Of a stretch of 64,000 bases of DNA, positions 55,901 through 64,000 are shown one piece after another. Below the pieces are notes generated by a model that searched no databases, was not told where the DNA came from, and saw only the letters and a list, made by a program, of their open reading frames with translations. Numbering within the stretch: the stretch's first letter is position 1; each line of letters starts with the position of its first letter. The stretch covers positions 744,001 through 808,000 of the forward strand of contig OZ025655.1 of NCBI GenBank assembly GCA_964019335.1, in the 5' to 3' direction. The position numbers and the translations under genes are program-made. The stretch is from Diplonema japonicum (lineage: Eukaryota; Protista; Euglenozoa: Diplonemea).

Positions 55901-58900
55901 GACTCAGTGGCGGGGAATGGGATGTTGAAGCATGCGAAGAGGGATATGAACCTTGGGTCCAAGGCGTTACGGCCACCCCCAGGCGGGGCCATTGCGGCCA
56001 CGTACTCCACGTCACGGATGTTTTTCCACATAAGGTCTTTTCTGTCGTACCAGCCACCCATCTCAATAAGCAGCTTGAGGAACGTGATGGGTTGCATTGT
56101 GCCATAAGTGTCCACCACAGGCATGTTGATATCGTCAATGAACACAACGAGCTTCTTCCCAGGCGGGGCCCCCAAGATGGTTGCTGTTCTTTTCTCGACG
56201 TTGTCCTCCAGCGTGCGCTGCACGTCAACACTCATTGTTCTGCTTGAGAAATTCATCTCCAACACCATCTCGTCAAGCTTTACTTCGTCTTTGTCCTGCT
56301 CCGAGCGGTCTCTTTCTTTAAGGTCACGCAAGTACTTCTGAATTGTCACTGTCTTTGCGGTACCAGAGGCACCGATGTAGAGAATAGGTGTCTTGTTGCT
56401 GGTCTTCGGGTCGGGGGACTGCTTGTCGATTACTAAGTCAAGGAAGAAGCTGTTACGCACAGTATCTACTGTGGGAACAAGAATGGAGGAGAACTTTCCA
56501 TCCTTGGGTGGGACATAGACTGGTATCATGGAAGGGTCCTTCCAAGGAATCCACTTTGCCATCTCGGTGTTGAAGCAGAATTCGTACAATGTCTTCTTCT
56601 CAGGAAGCTGCCCTGCAGACACAGGCTTCAGGTCATCGGACGGTTGGAGGTTCTTCCCCGACTTGCTCTTCAGAACCTGATCAAACCTTGGGCGGTCGTT
56701 CTCAAGGATACACGCGCCAAAACTCCACACGCATGCGAAGATGAAGACACCTTCAAGGGATCGCTGCTCCAATTGCTGGTCTTGAAGCATGCAAGTGAGC
56801 AGCAAGCACAGCTGCTTGACCATGTTGCAGTCGGTCAGAGGTAACGCCATCTTTGGCGTAGGTACAATGTTGCCATCAATATCAATGCCCTCTAAGACAA
56901 ACGACTTCAAGGTTCCAATGTACTTATCAAACAGCTCCTTGAGGCTGTCTTGCTCCTCCTTAGATCTGGTGGACACCCACTTGTGAACATAAGGCTGCCA
57001 CTGCAAGTTCTGCGGATCTACGTACACCATACCCACACGTGACACGGTGGCAGGAGATGCGTACTGGAGGTCGCCTACCTCAAAGAGAAGCGAACACATC
57101 GGGTTGTTGAGCCTGATACGATCACCGTTGGCCAGTGTCAGCAGCTTGTTATCATCCATTACCGTGTTCATGTTCTCAACCCACAAGGCGTCCACGTCCC
57201 CGTCGAACACCACATACCGTCTAGAAGACTCGTTCCCTTGCTCCTTTTCTCTCTCCGAGTCTCTATTGATGTTACGGAAGATGTTCGAGAAGATCCCGTC
57301 TGTCCACGTACGCGTCATGGGGTCGAGCACACCATACAGGCAGCTGATGTGCTGGGCTTTGGCGTTGAGGACAAATAGTTTTGTCTGAAGTTTCAAGGCA
57401 TCCTGGGCTTGCTTCAAGTATTGGATAACAGTGGACTTCCCGCCCGACGTCGGCCCTACAACCATCGTCGTGTGACGTGTCTGCATGGTCTCGTACAACT
57501 GTACCACCTTGTCGATCTGGTTCGACACAATGAGGTCCTTGTTCTGTGTGATGCACTCACGCACAGCTTTCGCAAGCTTCTCGTTCGGCACTCGTGTTGG
57601 GTCAAGCCCAGGGAACAAGTCTCCAATGAGACCAGCAAACAAAGGAACGTCTTCAAACACGAACTTGGGGGCGTTCATGTCACGCAGTGCCCTCATGAGG
57701 ACCACGTCTTCGGGAAGAGCTGCGTCACTGCGCTTCAAAGCACCTGCCATCACAAGTACGGCCTTCAAGGCTCTCAGACCCCAGTCGTAGTGGTACTGCT
57801 TTGAGAGTTGCCCCTTTGCCAACTTGTAAAGGGTTACCATCTTTTTGGCTAGACCTCGCGCCTGTTTGAAGCCTTCCGCGTACAACATGATCTCTGCAAT
57901 GAGTTCCAAGTTGGGAACCACCATGACCACGGGCCTGAAAAGAGCTTTAAGGTTGTCAGGCAGTTCTACACGCCCCGCATAGCCGGGGTTCATTGTGATA
58001 AATACGCCGACATTGGGGTCAAGCTCGATCTCCTCAGGAGCGCCTTGGATCTCGCACTTCTTTTGTCCGTGCTTCAGCGCATCCTGCATCGATCTCAATT
58101 GCTCGGAGACAACACTGAGCACCGGCAACTCAATCCTGTTGAACTCGTCGAAGCACCCCCATGCACCACACTGCCCAAGACCGCAGAAGATGCCCGCCAT
58201 CGCTTTGTAATCAAGACCTTCACCGCAGTTAAATACCACGCAGTAGTACGAAAGAGCTTTTGCTAAATCCTTCACTGATTCCGTCTTTCCCGTACCAGCA
58301 GGACCCCCAGGTGCGCCGCCCAAGTGGTAGGATAGCGCTTGAGTGAGAGTCATGAAGCACCTGTCGGTGAGCGGCGTGATGACCAGCCTTCCATTCAGCC
58401 CCATGAACTCGTAACCGTAATTCAACACGGCAGTGCACTGCTGGATTACACAGTTGTCGACGTCCTTCTTCCAGTAAAATCTCAGTTGGCTTTCCCAAGC
58501 GAAGTCCCTTGCGTCTAGGATGGCGTCGCGCACGAACTTGTCCACGATGTCACGCCCGTGCACATCCACGATAATTAGCGTATTGATCTTCTTTCGAGTA
58601 ATAGACGTGAGCTGCTTGTCCATCTCCATCACCATCTCGTCGAGCTGTACACTCAGCTTCACAACTAGCTCCTTAACTGCGTTCTTCCTCCCTTTTTTCA
58701 CTTTGATGAACGAGTCTTCCACTTGATACGTCCACCAAATCTGCGACCCTGCCAAACTGCACATCCCCTTTGTCTCATCTATCCACTGCAGCCTCGGCTT
58801 TTTCGGGTAATGAAAGACGGAGGCCTTAAGTAGCCCTTGCAAGGTGCTCTTCACTTCCGTAAGTACCAGCGTAAGCCACTTCTCCACAGGAAGACCCTCT

Positions 58901-61900
58901 GTGTTGATGGCATTGTCGAAGTTAAGCGGTTCTCTCTCTTGGGAAGATGACCCTTCCACAGAGTCACCGCCTGGCTTGAAGTACAGCACCGCACAGTTCT
59001 CAAACATTTTAAGCATGTGCTCTTGGACAGAGCGTGGATTCGAGGAACTGAGGATAGAGAGCAAATCGTCGTCTGAGATGAAGTAGAACCTGGGGAAAGC
59101 CATTCGCTTGGTGTTCAGGTAGTCGGTAAGACCTTTCTGGCATTCGTCAAGTTTGTCAGATATCCATTTAAGCTCCATCAGCCTGTCCGGTGCGTGGCAG
59201 GCTGAATCGACAAGGGGCGACTCCGCAGTGCCCTTCATAATGTTCAGCCACTTCTTGTCAAGGTCGTCAAACTTCTTGGCTTCTTTCGGTAACTGTGCAG
59301 CAATGTCCTCGCCTCCCACGAAGATCGACTCTAGGTATATCCACTTCTGCTGCACCACAATCCACTCTGCAATCACGTCGGTCATAGTGTTGAGCTTCCT
59401 CTCCCAGAGTCGCACGTCATCCAAAAAGGGCTTCACCCATTTGAAGTTTGCAATGGATTGTAGGTTCATTGTGTGCTCGTCGATAGCTTCCTGAATATCT
59501 TTCGTGTCTGCCAACAGCTTTACGCGCTTCTTTTGAATAAGTTCGAACGAAGTTATCTGCCACGTGTCTCTGATCGCCTTCAGGGAGTTCTCAATATGCA
59601 GCTCTCTGGTCGCACCCGCCACGATTTCATTAATGTCTTCCTCGAACTCAAAGGGGCGCATCTCGATCAGGGATGCGAGTGTGAAGTTCGCAAAGTCGAA
59701 CGACTTGCCTGTCACATCCATCAGCTTCTTCCAGTGCCTATCCCGCAAGGCTTCGTTCTTAAGCTGCGTGAACAAGGGAAGCGACGTGAAGAAGTTGGTA
59801 ACCACCTCTTTCATGGCAGAATACGGAGGGAGCTCGCCGAACTCTTTGTACTTCTTCTTCAGCTTCTGCATCATGGATTCTGTCCCTTTGCGCATGACGT
59901 CTATCTGGATATCAGCCCACTGTGTGCCTGACCACCCCATCACAAGCTCCTTCCATTCGCTGTACATCTCGAACACTTGATTCAGTTGGAACAGCTTTTC
60001 TTCCACCTCCTGCAACGCTGGGTAGATCGTGATGTCAAGGGCAAACAGCTTCTCAGACTTCACCAATCCCTCCCTCTTCTTCTGTTTCTGCAGAAGGTCG
60101 ATCTTCCATTCGTTGATCAACTCAAGGCCCTTATCCAAATCCAACCCCGAGCGTCCAGGGCCGTTGTTCACGAAGTCATCTCTTGCCAATTGAAGCTCTT
60201 CTGTGAACTTCTGCACGCTTGCCACAGTAACTTGTCGGAACGTATCCTTGGTGGAGGCTAAGTCCTCGTCTTTCTTCTTAGCCGTCAGTTTCAAACTTTC
60301 CCAATGCGCCCGAAGCCCCATTGCCATATCCCACTCCTCCTGTGGCACCTCGATGTTGTACTGCCTCAGAGTGCAGTAGCAGTTCTCGATCTCGCGGTAC
60401 TGAAGTTCGATGTCCATCGACTGCGAGTACATAGTGTCGATGGTAGACAACACCTTCTTCAGGTCGTCGATGAGGTCGGGGTTGATGCTCAGCTCCTCTT
60501 CGCATTTATTGATACGTGAGCTCAGTTTTTCAAGCTTGGTTCTGAACTGTTCGTTCAGTTGCTTGCCTTCCATCTGGATCCATGTTCTCGCTTCTCTCTG
60601 TATCTCAGCCAGCAGGGGGTTGCAATCCAAACACAGGAAGTCGATGTTGCGTTCTTGAGGGTATTGATCCAAACCCCTGATCAGTCTTGTGAAATCCGCG
60701 AACCGGGCGTCGTATTCTAGCCAAGGGAGGTTCTTGGCACCGAGACGCTCGATGAACTTTTCCTTTGGAACATGCCACAGGTCCTTGTACTTCCTCCACG
60801 ACTGTAAGTGCTTGTGCACGTAGAAGAACGTCTTCTGAATGCCTTGATTCACCTTTGTTTTGAAGGCAATGACCTGGCCGCCTTTGTGAATGTCGTTGTA
60901 GAAGGTAAACGGCTGGTACTCGCTGTCGTCTGCAGGCCTCGGATGGATTTCACCCTGAGTGCACTCGATACATGTGCCGTCCATCCACCGAACGAAGTGT
61001 TTCGTAGCCTCAATGATGTTGTTCATGATTTTACCCGTCAGCGTGTGCAGGATTTCCTTCATTTCCGGCGAAACACCGATCTCACCAGCAACAAGGGAGG
61101 CGGTCACTTTGAAGAGGGGCGCAGGTTTGCGGTGCGACTTGTGCTTTTTAGAAGGGTTGATGTTGAGGAAGGAGAGGAACAGCGACAGAGAGATCATCAC
61201 CATTCTGTTCAACGCTTTGTAGATCTTCTTCTCCCAGTGGTAGTAGTAAGACTTTAGTGCAGGCGCTTTACCAGTGTTTGTATTTGTAACGATCCCTTCA
61301 ATTTTCCGCAGGAGGGGCGAGATTCTGGCGTACTGTTTTGTTAGCTTCTGTACTTGCTTGTTCCTATAAGCCTCAAGCGACTCAGCAAGATCATTGAGAT
61401 CTAACAGGCCCTCTGTACCAGAGGAGCTTAGTTTCTGCGGGTCGACAAGCCACGTGGTCGATATCTGTTGCACCACTTGCGAGATGTGTGTAGAGTTCTT
61501 GTGGATTTCCTTCGATTTGGCGTGAAACTCTCCGATGGCCGCCAGGGCTTTGTTGATGTACTCCTTGATCCCGAGCGAGTTCCAGTTGAGGGTCTTCCAC
61601 CCGGGCTCGATGGCACACTCGAGTTGAGCAATGTGGTCCCCTAGAATAGCCCTTTCAGGAGCCTCCACCACGGCAAGTGTCTCGTGGTACTTTGCGAGCA
61701 TGGACTTCAGATTCTCGACAAAATCGTGGTACTTCTCGTCAAGCAAAGTGACCCTGAGGGCAATACCGGGCACATCGTACCCCAGTCTATCTAAGTACTT
61801 CGCCTCTTGGATAATTTGGAATAAATTGTTGTCGAAGTTTACGGCGTAGGCAGTCTCACCATCGCACTTCTCGACACTGAGGATGTTTGCCTTCAAGTAG

Positions 61901-64000
61901 TCAATGGTGTGCGTGTTGACATCGAGCTTCCACTTGTCGTACAAGTTGACGGCGTACTCCTTCATCATCTTCGCCACGCCCACGTACGTCTTCCGCACAT
62001 CCTTGCCTCGAGATGTTGCGAGGATGGAGTCTTCTGCTTCGAGAAACTTCTTAATGGGACCCTTGATGCGCTGGAACAGCGACTCAGACCAATGGATGGC
62101 CCCCGCCACTGGCGGTTGGTTCTTCGTGAGGGGTGGTGCATTGCAGTTGTCTTTGAAGATTTGTTCCACGTCCTTCACTTCGTCTTTGTACCGGTCAAGG
62201 ATCCCTTCGCTCTTCTTGAGGAGTAAATTGTTCAAGTTCCAATCGCTATCGGTGCCACCTCCAGGGGGGAGTGTCTTGAAAGACTGCAGCAGCTCAAAAG
62301 CTGCTTCCGAACTGCGCAGCTGCTTAAATGAGCTTTCAATAAATTGCCGTGTGTGGGCGTTCATTTGATCCACTTGACGCTTGAACTTTTCGAACTGCGC
62401 CGACCAACTAGGCTGCGCACGCTCATCGAAAATGTCGAAAGCCACCGTCTCGATAGGCTTCTTGAGATCCTCGACTCTCTTCATGACTTGGTCAATGCCC
62501 ACTGTGTCCTTTGTGACCGCCTTCAGTTGGCTACCTAGGACGGTATGGTAGTACTCCAGTGTTGTCACTATCTCAAGCAGCTCCACGCACCTCACTGCCA
62601 TGTAGTCGGTGGTTCCGAATAACCTCTTCTTGTCAAACTCCCAACGTGCATCTCGCTCAGTCTGCTCGATGTCCTGCCTGGTTTTCTGGTAACTTTTCTT
62701 CCATTGCTCTAGCACAGCTTGTCCCTCGACAATCTTCCGTTTCGCATCTTCAAAGCCTTGACCGTCCTGTTGTTTTTTTTTGTTTGTTTTGTTTTTTTAA
62801 ACTTGTGTTTATATGTATACCCTTCCGCAGGACAGGATGGAGGGCTGCCCGGGGGTGCTTTTTACGTTGATATGCCTGCTCACTTTTTCGGTGATGGTGT
62901 TAGCAATCTTTTCCAGCAGACGCATCATTTTCTCGTCGGTGTTGTAGTAGCGCGAGATGGTCCAAACCTGTTTGTTGTTCTGTTGTGCCTTACAGCAACA
63001 TACCATTCGTATGGCGGTCATCATGGACGGCAGAGTGTCGATAATGGGTTGCAAAGAGTTGCCTGGCTGGACGTTCGTGACAGCACGAAAGTGTCGCTCC
63101 AAAGTAGAAAGGAACTTGACGTTGTCCTTAGCCTCATGGTACATCTTCGCCAGTGCGTTGTAGGATATCTCGAAGTTGGGGTACGAAGTTCCGACGTCTG
63201 ACTCTTTAAGCACCTTGAGCATAGTCTTCACGTGGGGCAGGTTAAGCTGTTCGTAGATTGCACTCAGCACTGCGTACTTGTCTTTCCAGAAATCGATTTC
63301 ACTCAGAGGGTTCTTCCCTGTCGCCGAATCGTTCTGTTGCTGCGCCTCGATCACAACAGTGATGTGTGAGTTCCATTTCAAAACATGTTCATCGATTTCC
63401 TGCAGCAGGTCGTCGTTGTCCTGCGCCTGCTTAATGTCTTGCTCGGTGTCCCCTATGTGAATGTGCGTGGGGATGTTCAGCTTCCTGTCGCCTGATATCT
63501 GATGGATCACTGTAGTGATGTTCTGTGCCAGCCGCTGCACCGACGACTTCACATCCTCCTGGAGTTGTATTTGTAGCTGTGTCATCTTTTCAGATTCCAG
63601 CACCTCGCCAGGGCCCGGTGCACGGTACGTTGTCGTCTCTATTTCGTTTTCTGGTGAACTTGCTTCCCCGTCTTCGAGCTTGGGCTGTGCCTCGGGTGAC
63701 AGCGTTGCGTCGCCCTCAGCTGCCTGGTTAGGTCTCGGGCCAGTATTGTCGATTGATGGCAAGTATACCGACATGATCAGCTCCTTCACTGTCTGCAGTC
63801 TGGGGCAGTCCATTACCCCGTACTCGATCCCCTTCTCCATGGGATTGCCAGGGATGTCTATCTGACCCTCCATCTGTGCCCGCGTGATGGCTTCGGGTGC
63901 TGCCTTGATAAAGTACATGCACATCATGTTCTCGTTCAACGCCAACTCAGGAGGCAAGTGGTCAATCGCGATGCAGAGCTTTCCGCCCTTTTTGTTCCTC
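49972..64000 (-). CDS. DNAH10: Axonemal inner-arm dynein heavy chain, DNAH10/I1-alpha (DHC1) type; 5' end outside the window
   Basis: P-loops [24 protein letters not shown] and GVGGSGKQS, plus [15 protein letters not shown] and [10 protein letters not shown]. Six introns (62968-63003, 62767-62820, 53523-53559, 53369-53402, 53110-53142, 50034-50079) join four long and two short ORFs and end [16 protein letters not shown]. Confidence 0.92.

Overview
Eukaryotic (protist) nuclear DNA, most consistent with a diplonemid euglenozoan. That assignment is inference from a near-unidirectional array of tightly packed genes, short GTATG...CAG cis-introns that are CA/A-rich rather than pyrimidine-rich, and a flagellar dynein. 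About 30 protein genes lie on the minus strand and one convincing gene lies on the plus strand (34280-34642). Recognisable products include TOP3B, an axonemal inner-arm dynein heavy chain (DNAH10/I1-alpha type, 5' end outside the window), a HEATR6-like protein, an FG nucleoporin with a Nup153/Nup1-type basic tail, a sphingosine-kinase-like enzyme, a GT47 exostosin, an MLO-like protein, an M16 peptidase and a SelD-associated-type oxidoreductase. Several unusual fusions are present: Kelch+F-box+WD40, ZZ+GNAT, WW+U-box and cpYpsA/SLOG+ERI1 exonuclease. I reconstructed 31 introns by hand, mostly 31-48 nt and concentrated near 3' ends. The gene-dense stretches are interrupted by homopolymer-rich islands. 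Hidden in one island, and only partly caught by the ORF track, is a Zn-dependent deaminase (13411-13968, minus) whose N-terminal part and HAE/PCxxC catalytic part are in different frames across TGT-CTT-TTA-CCA-GGC-TAG. This is a candidate programmed +1 frameshift and the top finding. No tRNA, rRNA, CRISPR array or transposon could be supported.
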